A stretch of 64,000 nt of DNA from an uncultured Candidatus Saccharibacteria bacterium (lineage in GTDB: Bacteria; Patescibacteriota; Minisyncoccia; RBG-13-40-8-A): positions 257,587-321,586 of the forward strand of contig OZ246412.1 in the NCBI GenBank assembly GCA_965231075.1, read 5' to 3'. The notes under the pieces were generated by a model. The model saw only the letters and a list, made by a program, of their open reading frames with translations. It was not told the origin of the DNA and did not search any database. The position numbers were made by a program, and so were the translations under genes. Below, one piece after another: positions 19,727 through 28,495 of this stretch. Position 1 is the stretch's first letter, and every line of letters starts with the position of its first letter.

Positions 19727-19981
19727 TTAATTATACGCTCCTTGGCGATGTTTAATCCGGATAATAATAATTAATAAATGTTCTTTATAAACCTTGTAGA
19801 TTATTCTATAATGTCCCACTCTATACGAATAAAGTCCGTCTAATTTACCGTCTAGTTTCTTACCCAAAAACGGCTCTTTGGATATTATTGCTAATACTGC
19901 CAAAATCTTATTTTGATAATCTTGCGGAATTTTACTAAGATTTTTTTCTGCCTCTTTTTTGAATTGTATTTGCCATGCCAT
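19727..19981 (-). CDS. RelE/ParE family type II toxin.
   Basis: MAWQIQFKKEAEKNLSKIP...YRVGHYRIIYKV...IRIKHRQ. The likely start is an internal Met of the listed ORF 19727-20011. Confidence 0.65.
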   Translation of the reverse strand: MAWQIQFKKEAEKNLSKIPQDYQNKILAVLAIISKEPFLGKKLDGKLDGLYSYRVGHYRIIYKVYKEHLLIIIIRIKHRQGAYN

Positions 19982-20309
19982 ATTTAATTTTACTTTTGTC
20001 GGCGACAACATAGCCGTATTTGGCCATAATATCGTCTAGCGTCGCCCATTTTTTATATGCTCCGCTTTTTACGGCACTGTCAGTTTCTTTTATATCTTTC
20101 TCTAAATCGGGAAATTCGCGCATAACCTCCATGGTCTCCATCCAGGAATCAAAATCTTCGGCAGACATCAAAACTGCTTTTGGTCTACCGTTTTCGGTAA
20201 AAGTATAGTAATTGTTTGGTTTTTGTACTTCTTCGGCAATATTAAAAATGTCCTTCCGTGCGTCGGAAATTGACATTGTTGTTTTTGGATTCATAGTTTT
20301 CTTTTTCAT
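19935..20309 (-). CDS. Phd/YefM family antitoxin.
   Basis: ...MSISDARKDIFNIAEEVQ...YTFTENGRPKAVLMSAEDFDSWMETMEV. The listed ORF has a GC-rich N-terminal extension running into a palindromic repeat, so the true start is probably at or after 20309. Confidence 0.6.
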   Translation of the reverse strand: MKKKTMNPKTTMSISDARKDIFNIAEEVQKPNNYYTFTENGRPKAVLMSAEDFDSWMETMEVMREFPDLEKDIKETDSAVKSGAYKKWATLDDIMAKYGYVVADKSKIKYGMANTIQKRGRKKS

Positions 20310-20359
20310 TTTTGCTTTAATTGTTATACGTACATAATAGCGTACATTAATTCGCGTGT

Positions 20360-20412
20360 CAAGTTTACCCCGACCACACGTCGGGGCCCGACGCAAGGTC
20401 GGGACGGGCCCT
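20360..20412. repeat. GC-rich palindromic element of the CCCCGAC...GTCGGGG type, copy 1.
   Basis: ccccgaccacacgtcggggcccgacgcaaggtcgggacgggccc forms two adjacent hairpins. Related copies lie at 25355-25400 and 28417-28470. Confidence 0.6.
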
Positions 20413-21095
20413 TATATCAATCCGTTGTCCTTAAAACTATAATAATTATTTTTTGCAACAATAACATGGTCTGCAACTTCGATGCCTAAAATTTTTCCTG
20501 CTTCCAATAAACGCTTGGTTGTGGTTAAGTCATATTCTGACGGCTCGCAATCCCCTGACGGATGATTGTGTACGAAAATAACCGATGCTGCATTATTCTT
20601 AATTGCTTCTGCAAATACTTCGCGCGGATGAACGATACTGGCATTGAGAGTTCCAACCGAAATTTCGGCAACAGAATAATTTCTGCTATTTAAAACAATA
20701 ATATAAAAACGTTCTTTGCGATTGTCTTTGAGTTTATTTTTGATTAATTGATAAACTTTTTTAGGATCGGTAAGTTCTTTACTTTTATATGAAGGGATTT
20801 GAGTAGAAAGACGATGGCCAATTTCGAAAACGGCCTTGATTTGAGTTGCTTTCGCCAATCCAATTCCTTTTATTAAAGACAATTCTTCGATGCTGGCTTC
20901 GGATAATTTTTGCAAACTGCCAAATTTTGATAATAATTTTTGCGCGGTTACTGAAACCGATTCACCGGCAACACCACGTCCCAAAATAACTTGCAATAAT
21001 TCTTGAGTCGATAGTGCTTGTTCGCCAAAACTAACCATTCGTTCGCGTGGTCGTTCTTCTTTGGGCAAATCATGAATAGTAAATGATTTATTCAT
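20412..21095 (-). CDS. radC: DNA repair protein RadC (JAB/MPN domain).
   Basis: An HhH N-terminal region and a JAMM motif HNHPSGDCEPSEYD. Confidence 0.85.
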   Translation of the reverse strand: MNKSFTIHDLPKEERPRERMVSFGEQALSTQELLQVILGRGVAGESVSVTAQKLLSKFGSLQKLSEASIEELSLIKGIGLAKATQIKAVFEIGHRLSTQIPSYKSKELTDPKKVYQLIKNKLKDNRKERFYIIVLNSRNYSVAEISVGTLNASIVHPREVFAEAIKNNAASVIFVHNHPSGDCEPSEYDLTTTKRLLEAGKILGIEVADHVIVAKNNYYSFKDNGLI

Positions 21096-21114
21096 AACCC
21101 TATAATGCTATATC

Positions 21115-21342
21115 TTATTCCGCCGTTTTTTCCTCGCAACAACTACAGCAAGACTTTTTCTTGCTGAAACCAAAAATGTAGATGATTTCTAATATTGCAA
21201 GCGTGTTGGCGACTAACAATACAACAAACCAAATCTTACTATTGTTTCTTGCTGCTTTCCATAGAGCCACTGCCTTCCATGGCAATACCCAAATAATAAG
21301 CAACAATACAAGCCATATATTCGCGTTTAAAAATTGTTCCAT
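21115..21342 (-). CDS. Small membrane protein.
   Basis: Two transmembrane helices and a C-terminal CCSCCEE. Its ATG abuts the stop of the GIY-YIG gene. Confidence 0.35.
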   Translation of the reverse strand: MEQFLNANIWLVLLLIIWVLPWKAVALWKAARNNSKIWFVVLLVANTLAILEIIYIFGFSKKKSCCSCCEEKTAE

Positions 21343-21672
21343 TTACCCTGTTAAATAAGATTTGAGTCGACTCCTGAGAAATAATTTACCATGATAGGTT
21401 TTAAGATATTTCTCTCGGTGAGTGGCATCTTGTTGATTCAAACATGCTTCATAATAAATCAACTTCAGTGGTCTTCGATTCTTTGTTGATTCTACTCTAC
21501 CTTTTTGGTGCAACTCAAATCTTAATTTTAAATTATTAGTATACCCTGTATAAAATTTATTATCTTTATTCGACCTTAATATATAAACATAATACATATC
21601 ATAACAAAATTATTTAAAATCATTTAACGGGGTGAATCTTTATTTAAAATTATTTAACAGGGTGAATTTAAT
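21341..21672. mobile_element. Miniature element, about 330 bp, bounded by terminal inverted repeats (TIRs) and carrying the GIY-YIG ORF. A related ORF-less copy lies at 34901-34958.
   Basis: The left end 21341-21360 reverse-complements to TTATTTAACAGGGTAAAT. The right end is TTATTTAACAGGGTGAATTTAAT (21651-21672), preceded by a tandem near-copy at 21610-21639. Confidence 0.5.
21343..21597 (-). CDS. GIY-YIG nuclease family protein, a small stand-alone protein.
   Basis: MYYVYILRSNKDNKFYTGYTNNLKLRFELH carries the GIY..YIG and R...E/N features. It lies inside an element bounded by inverted repeats. Confidence 0.75.
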   Translation of the reverse strand: MYYVYILRSNKDNKFYTGYTNNLKLRFELHQKGRVESTKNRRPLKLIYYEACLNQQDATHREKYLKTYHGKLFLRSRLKSYLTG

Positions 21673-22206
21673 TAATTTTAAATTCTTATCTCTAAAATCG
21701 GGAATTTTACTAAGTGGGCAATCGGCCACGACAATGTACATATCTAATTTCAGATTCTTCTTCTTTTTCGCTGCCCTGGTGATTGCCGCACACCTATGCA
21801 TACCTTCAATAACCACTATTCCTATTTTTGTGTTCCAAACAATAATTGTGGTTTGGGGTGGTAAATTTTTTAAATAATCAATCGCCCTCGGATGTTCTTT
21901 CATTTTAGCAAATATCGGTAAATTTTTGCCTTTATAATAATTTTTCGACCATCCGCTATACGGTCCACCGTGAAAATTAGGTACAGATTTTAATGGATTT
22001 GTGACTTTAAATAATTTCCATTCTCTATTTAGGGCTTCAATCGGTTCAAGATATTTTTTACGCCAATCAAGCCAAGATTTAAATCCTTTTTCTTTATAAT
22101 ATTCTTTCCAGTGAATTTGGTTGATTTCGTTTTTTCGCCAAATACTAAAAACCTCTTTCCATGTTAACGGTTTAATAAATTCAAATTCTTTATGATTCAA
22201 CTTCAT
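21640..22206 (-). CDS. ParB/Srx-like nuclease domain protein.
   Basis: IVVIEGMHRCAAI is a GxHR motif. Its start overlaps the upstream kinase gene by 17 nt. Its C-terminus is encoded by the right-end TIR copy. Confidence 0.4.
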   Translation of the reverse strand: MKLNHKEFEFIKPLTWKEVFSIWRKNEINQIHWKEYYKEKGFKSWLDWRKKYLEPIEALNREWKLFKVTNPLKSVPNFHGGPYSGWSKNYYKGKNLPIFAKMKEHPRAIDYLKNLPPQTTIIVWNTKIGIVVIEGMHRCAAITRAAKKKKNLKLDMYIVVADCPLSKIPDFRDKNLKLIKFTLLNNFK

Positions 22207-22789
22207 AACTTTGATTTATGATTTTATCAATTTTCTCCCCTGCTTCGTTTATTTGCTCGCCTAAGTCTGGTTTGGACGTATCGAATGTATAGGTAAACGG
22301 AAAATCAAGATTTTGATGAAGTGGTTTACGAGCGAAATAATTTTCTATCGCATCTTCTGCATCTTTAAACAATAAACCATTGTACTTATAATTTTTAAGT
22401 TTATTGATAATAAATTCTTCCGGAGGATTGATGTGAATCCAAACGACTTTTAAATTTAATTCTTTTTGAATTTCTGCGATATAATTTCTCGCTCTTTCGG
22501 TAACGCAATCGGCATCTACGGCAACACTAAATCCTCGATGAAGATATTTTTTAATAAGTCCGTAAGCTATATCTCGCGCTTGTTCCCAATCAAGCCCTTC
22601 TTTTTTAAATAAAATTCTAATTTCGTCAGTGGAAACCCGCAATAAAGATAACTTTTTGCTTAATGGTTTAATAACCGTCGTTTTTCCTGACCCTATTAAC
22701 CCAATCGGACATAAAATAAATTGGTTTTTAGGTTTATTTTTGGGAATTTCCAATGTGCTTTCGTATAACGAAGTTATTGATTCGTTCAT
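22190..22789 (-). CDS. P-loop NTPase/kinase of the zeta-toxin/AAA_33-like type.
   Basis: Walker A GLIGSGKTT and Walker B VAVDAD, at 199 aa. Its start overlaps the stop of the upstream small ORF (ATGA). Confidence 0.5.
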   Translation of the reverse strand: MNESITSLYESTLEIPKNKPKNQFILCPIGLIGSGKTTVIKPLSKKLSLLRVSTDEIRILFKKEGLDWEQARDIAYGLIKKYLHRGFSVAVDADCVTERARNYIAEIQKELNLKVVWIHINPPEEFIINKLKNYKYNGLLFKDAEDAIENYFARKPLHQNLDFPFTYTFDTSKPDLGEQINEAGEKIDKIINQSYEVES

Positions 22790-22790
22790 A

Positions 22791-23006
22791 TTAAATCTCT
22801 GTATCTCCTATTTTTATTGGACGGTTGAATGCCTCTAGTGCCAATCTTGTTTCTTCTAGCTCTTCAGCAATTGACTTATATTTTTCAGGATCTGTTTCGT
22901 GATCCATCGCTATCTCTAGTGCTTTCATTTTATCTTCTAATCCCCTTTTGTACTCCGCGCTATTTTTTTGATATTCTTCTTCCGCTTTTTTCTCAAAATT
23001 TTTCAT
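22791..23006 (-). CDS. Small helical, charged protein, a putative antitoxin-like partner of the kinase.
   Basis: The likely start is the internal Met of ORF 22791-23153 (MKNFEKKAEEEYQK...). The N-terminal extension of the listed ORF runs through a GC-rich terminator hairpin. Confidence 0.35.
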   Translation of the reverse strand: MKNFEKKAEEEYQKNSAEYKRGLEDKMKALEIAMDHETDPEKYKSIAEELEETRLALEAFNRPIKIGDTEI

Positions 23007-23051
23007 GTCTTTTAATTTAATTATTATACCTTTATAATACCACATTTTACG

Positions 23052-23087
23052 AAATAAAAAAGCCCCACCAGTGTGAGTGGTGAGGCT
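23052..23087 (-). terminator. Rho-independent terminator.
   Basis: The minus-strand reading is a hairpin AGCCUCACCACUCACACUGGUGGGGCU followed by UUUUUUAUUU. Confidence 0.6.
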
Positions 23088-23195
23088 GACTTTTCGAAAA
23101 CGGGGATGGGTTCTTGTTCTGTCCTTACTCGCTTTGAAAGCGAGGAGGTGCAATTACCCTTTCAAGGAGCCGATGGCTCCAACCCTAGTTTTCGA

Positions 23196-23402
23196 TCAGT
23201 CTCCGGTGAAGCACTCGCTGAGAAGTTCGAAGACCATCAGCTTCGCGAACTTCATCAGCTCGTCCGCGGGAATGCCAGTTTCCTTCGAGAGGTTGCCGGC
23301 TTCCCGTTTCAGTTCTGATCGAGAAAAGGTGTGTAGTCCTTTCCTTCGAAACAGAACCTTGAGCAGTGCCAGGGCAATTTCGCCCCGCCGTACTTGGTCC
23401 AT
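23196..23402 (-). CDS. Small GC-rich protein of 68 aa.
   Basis: Strong RBS AAGGAGGT 5 nt before the ATG. It is preceded by the promoter at 23480-23509 and a leader hairpin (CUACGA-AGGUC-UCGUAG). The other ORFs in this stretch overlap in several frames, which marks them as GC-rich artefacts. Confidence 0.35.
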   Translation of the reverse strand: MDQVRRGEIALALLKVLFRRKGLHTFSRSELKREAGNLSKETGIPADELMKFAKLMVFELLSECFTGD

Positions 23403-23479
23403 TTTGGACCTCCTTTCTTAAAGAACTACTACGAGACCTTCGTAGCAAGGATCACCAGAACAATTCTAATGACACTATC

Positions 23480-23509
23480 ATTATAGCATACAATGCCTAA
23501 AAATGTCAA
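23480..23509 (-). promoter_or_regulatory. Sigma70-type promoter.
   Basis: The minus-strand reading is TTGACA, an 18-nt spacer, then TATAAT. Confidence 0.55.
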
Positions 23510-23521
23510 GTGGTATTGTGA

Positions 23522-23856
23522 AAAATAAAACCGGCGCCGGGGTTCCGAAGAACCGCGACGCCGAGCTGAAACCGAACCCTTAGAAGCCCTTAACGACCAG
23601 GTAGCTTGTAGGGACTTAACCCCATGACCTTTTCGTGGCCGTGGATTATGGACCCTGGGATCGGAATTAGCCGATGCTTGAAAGAACGGGGGCGCACCAC
23701 CACACCCCTCTGATTAATTAGGAACCCGGGACCTGCCCCCTGGATATTGACCGGTGTAGTTTGCCGGACCAGTTCCCCTTCTTAAGTATGCGGGCCCTCT
23801 GCTAAGCGTTCATGCGCCGCAAAAGGTCAACCGGGAGGACAGTCTCCTTATGGTCA
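23522..23856 (-). ncRNA. Structured RNA of unknown class, about 330 nt and GC-rich.
   Basis: It is bounded by its own promoter (TTGACA-N16-TATACT; minus-strand reading of 23863-23889) and its own terminator. The terminator is a GGUUC-UUCG-GAACC hairpin then CCGGCGCCGG then UUUUAUUUUU at 23521-23560. GC content is far above the genome background and there are many internal hairpins. The hits to the 3' end of RNase P RNA are weak, and there is no tmRNA CCA end or T-arm. Confidence 0.4.
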
Positions 23857-23862
23857 TTATAA

Positions 23863-23890
23863 GTATAGCATATCTATAAAGTTTGTCAAG
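23863..23890 (-). promoter_or_regulatory. Sigma70-type promoter for the ncRNA.
   Basis: TTGACA (rc of 23884-23889), a 16-nt spacer, then TATACT (rc of 23863-23868). Confidence 0.55.
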
Positions 23891-23903
23891 CCCTTTATAT
23901 GGA

Positions 23904-23942
23904 ATAAAAAAAAGGGGCTTCGGTTGAATGAAACCGAAGCCC
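23904..23942 (-). terminator. Rho-independent terminator.
   Basis: The minus-strand reading is GGGCUUCGGUUUCAUUCAACCGAAGCCCC followed by UUUUUUUUUAU. Confidence 0.65.
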
Positions 23943-23978
23943 TTCACGGCTCGTCTTTCGTTTGTTCCCTGTAAAGGT

Positions 23979-24165
23979 TCATTGTTTCGTGTCTTCTTCT
24001 TCCCTGGTGTCCCAGGACAGAAAATCGTCGCATCCGTCCGCAGGATTCTTGATTTTGGCGCGGAACAGTTTTTTGATCTTGTTCCACAGCCCGAATCTTC
24101 GTTGACGCCAACATTTCATTCCGTCTTCGACACAGTCTCTACACGTCACGTCTTCGAATTCCACG
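23979..24165 (-). CDS. Small GC-rich cysteine-containing protein.
   Basis: About 60 aa. It follows RBS AAAGGAGGTGA and probably starts at GTG or TTG. It contains CRDC...C...C. Confidence 0.3.
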
Positions 24166-24170
24166 TTCAA

Positions 24171-25256
24171 TCACCTCCTTTGTTCTGATTTATTTGTGGA
24201 ATAAACTCCCTCTAAAAATTGTCTACTTGTTACTATTTTTGAAATAAGTCGCAACACTCTTTCTCCGCGTAAAAATTTTTCGATTTTTGCTCTTAATTCT
24301 GGACTCATTTTTTCCAGATTAGTTTTCTCAATATCAGTAATTGCTTTTAAAACTTCTTCGTATTTATCTAAAATTTCTCTTTGAGTTTCTAAGTTTAAAT
24401 TAAAAAATCTTTCAGTTATCTGCATAAAAGGTGTAATTTGTGTTAAAATTTCCTGCAAAAATAACATTCTTGTAATTAAATTATTTTTTAGATGATTTTC
24501 GCCATCTTCACGGTCCCAAATTCTAAGCATCCCTGCAAAAGTATTATTATCAATTCCCACAACGAACCTAGGAATTCCTTTTGCTCTTAAAAATATTTCT
24601 TCGTTTCCATATTTAATCTGTGTTTTTTTCTGTTCTGCAGCGTCTTTTCTTAATCTGTCTTGGTAGTCATTTTTTACATCTCTCGTAGTTTTAAAACAAA
24701 GAACTCTTTCTAATACTGTTTTTTTTATGCTCTCTCTGATGGTTGTGAGTTTAGATGCAAATTCGGCATCGTTTTCAAAAACAACATCAATTACAAAAGA
24801 AAAAGTTTTATTTTTTTCTGGGTCAAAAAATTCAACAATTAAATCAATCCCCCTGTTTGATTCCTCTTGTTTTGCTGGAATCATTGCTTTAACATTCTCT
24901 CCCAGCCAGCCACCATTTATCTGTTTAAATAGCATCAATCTTATCATTTGATCTTTTTCTTTGTCGGTTTTATCGGCTTTTGGCATGTTGTCCAGTTTTA
25001 TCTCGGGTTTAAGAAATTTTACAACCTCTTTGATGTTTTTCGGACCATATAGTTTCAAAAATTCAGGATCATTGCTCTTTATCCTTTCCCTTTCTGTTTC
25101 TTCTTCAATTCTGTGTGCTTTAAAAGCATTATCAATAACATCGAGGGACTCTTTGTCAGCAACTCGTTGATATGTTGGATCCTGTTTTGCTATGTGGGGA
25201 TCACCATTCAATGGAAGATCTTGTTTGTCTTTGGTCATATGTGTTAAATTTATCAA
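24171..25256 (-). CDS. Hypothetical protein.
   Basis: 361 aa and charged/helical with no recognisable motif. It is the first gene of the minus-strand run beside tRNA-Asn. Confidence 0.4.
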   Translation of the reverse strand: MINLTHMTKDKQDLPLNGDPHIAKQDPTYQRVADKESLDVIDNAFKAHRIEEETERERIKSNDPEFLKLYGPKNIKEVVKFLKPEIKLDNMPKADKTDKEKDQMIRLMLFKQINGGWLGENVKAMIPAKQEESNRGIDLIVEFFDPEKNKTFSFVIDVVFENDAEFASKLTTIRESIKKTVLERVLCFKTTRDVKNDYQDRLRKDAAEQKKTQIKYGNEEIFLRAKGIPRFVVGIDNNTFAGMLRIWDREDGENHLKNNLITRMLFLQEILTQITPFMQITERFFNLNLETQREILDKYEEVLKAITDIEKTNLEKMSPELRAKIEKFLRGERVLRLISKIVTSRQFLEGVYSTNKSEQRR

Positions 25257-25354
25257 TTCGTGGTTGTTTTGTCAAACGAAATAAATATAATTATAAAATA
25301 AAATTTGATTTAAAAATATTTCTATTATACAATAAATACATTACCATTCCGCAG

Positions 25355-25400
25355 TAGCCCCGACGTACGAGTCGGGGTCCCGACCAAAGCGTCGGGACTC
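25355..25400. repeat. GC-rich palindromic element, copy 2.
   Basis: ccccgacgtacgagtcggggtcccgaccaaagcgtcggga. It directly follows the 14-bp duplicated copy of the tRNA-Asn 5' end. Confidence 0.6.
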
Positions 25401-25407
25401 AATACCT

Positions 25408-25674
25408 ATGTCATTTGTTTATATTTTAAAAAGTTTGAAAGATGGACGTTATTATATCGGAAGTACCACAAATTTAGAAGAAAGATTAAAGCACCACAAG
25501 AGTGGATTTACTCCATCAACAAAAAGATTTGGTGGTGTCGAGTTGATTTTTCAACAAGAATATAAATTATTAAAACAGGCGCGTTATATTGAAAAAAGGT
25601 TAAAAAATTTAAAGAGAAAAGATTATTTAGACAAGATAATTAAAGACGGTCACATTAATATCATTCCGCAGTAG
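25408..25674 (+). CDS. GIY-YIG nuclease family protein, a small stand-alone protein.
   Basis: MSFVYILKSLKDGRYYIGSTTNLEERLKHH. The last codons and the TAG stop lie inside the first 12 nt of tRNA-Asn. Confidence 0.75.
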   Translation: MSFVYILKSLKDGRYYIGSTTNLEERLKHHKSGFTPSTKRFGGVELIFQQEYKLLKQARYIEKRLKNLKRKDYLDKIIKDGHINIIPQ

Positions 25675-25738
25675 CTCAATGGTAGAGCAGCTCCCTGTTA
25701 AGGAGTTGGTTGTAGGTTCGAATCCTACCTGCGGAGCC
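25663..25738 (+). tRNA. tRNA-Asn (GUU).
   Basis: Acceptor stem UCCGCAG/CUGCGGA, D-arm AGCUCAAUGGUAGAGC, anticodon loop CUGUUAA, T-arm GGUUCGAAUCC, and an encoded CCA. Confidence 0.8.
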
Positions 25739-25789
25739 AGAAAAAAGGAGGGAAAAATCTTGAAGAAAAAATATGCCGAATTTTTTTTC

Positions 25790-26164
25790 ATGCAAATGGG
25801 ACCGACATGTGGTGTCTGCGTTCTAAACACTGTATTAAAAATGTTTGGTAAACGCGGAGTGATTTTCAACATTTCTTATGCTCCCAACAAGGGAGTTTCT
25901 CCAAAAAGAATTATGTATGAATTGCGTCGAGCAGGACTTGACGCTATTTCTAGAAAAATCAGCATCCGCAGTCTAAAAAGAGGATTTATTCTCTATTACG
26001 AACCCCCGATCGATCACTATGTCGTAGTGGGCGAAGTGAAAAAAGAAAAAATTCTCATCTACGACAGCGCTAGGTACGCACCTTATTGGACAACCCCATC
26101 CAAGCTTTCCGAAAAATGGAAAGGATGGGCGATTAAAGTTACGAAACCAAACGGCAGGGGCTGA
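25790..26164 (+). CDS. Papain-like (C39-like) cysteine peptidase domain protein.
   Basis: A Cys motif GPTCGVCVLNTVL and a His in DHYVVVGEV. The start is probably an internal Met of ORF 25679-26164, because the upstream part overlaps the tRNA. A terminator hairpin lies at 26148-26180. Confidence 0.45.
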   Translation: MQMGPTCGVCVLNTVLKMFGKRGVIFNISYAPNKGVSPKRIMYELRRAGLDAISRKISIRSLKRGFILYYEPPIDHYVVVGEVKKEKILIYDSARYAPYWTTPSKLSEKWKGWAIKVTKPNGRG

Positions 26165-26179
26165 CCCCTGCCGTGTTTT

Positions 26180-28485
<2,306 letters not shown>

Positions 28486-28495
28486 AATGTTAGTT

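Noticed and set aside
23073-23448. Four mutually overlapping ORFs on both strands (23073-23318 +, 23077-23421 +, 23185-23448 -, 23196-23402 -).
   Set aside because: Overlapping open frames in every phase are the expected artefact of a GC-rich non-coding segment. Only the minus-strand 68-aa frame has a Shine-Dalgarno sequence and a promoter. The rest are treated as UTR or ncRNA sequence.
23522-23856. Assignment of the GC-rich RNA as tmRNA or RNase P RNA.
   Set aside because: There is no 3' CCA/T-arm or tag-peptide frame ending in ...AA-stop, which argues against tmRNA. Similarity to the RNase P P4/CR-I consensus is only fragmentary. The class is left open rather than asserted.
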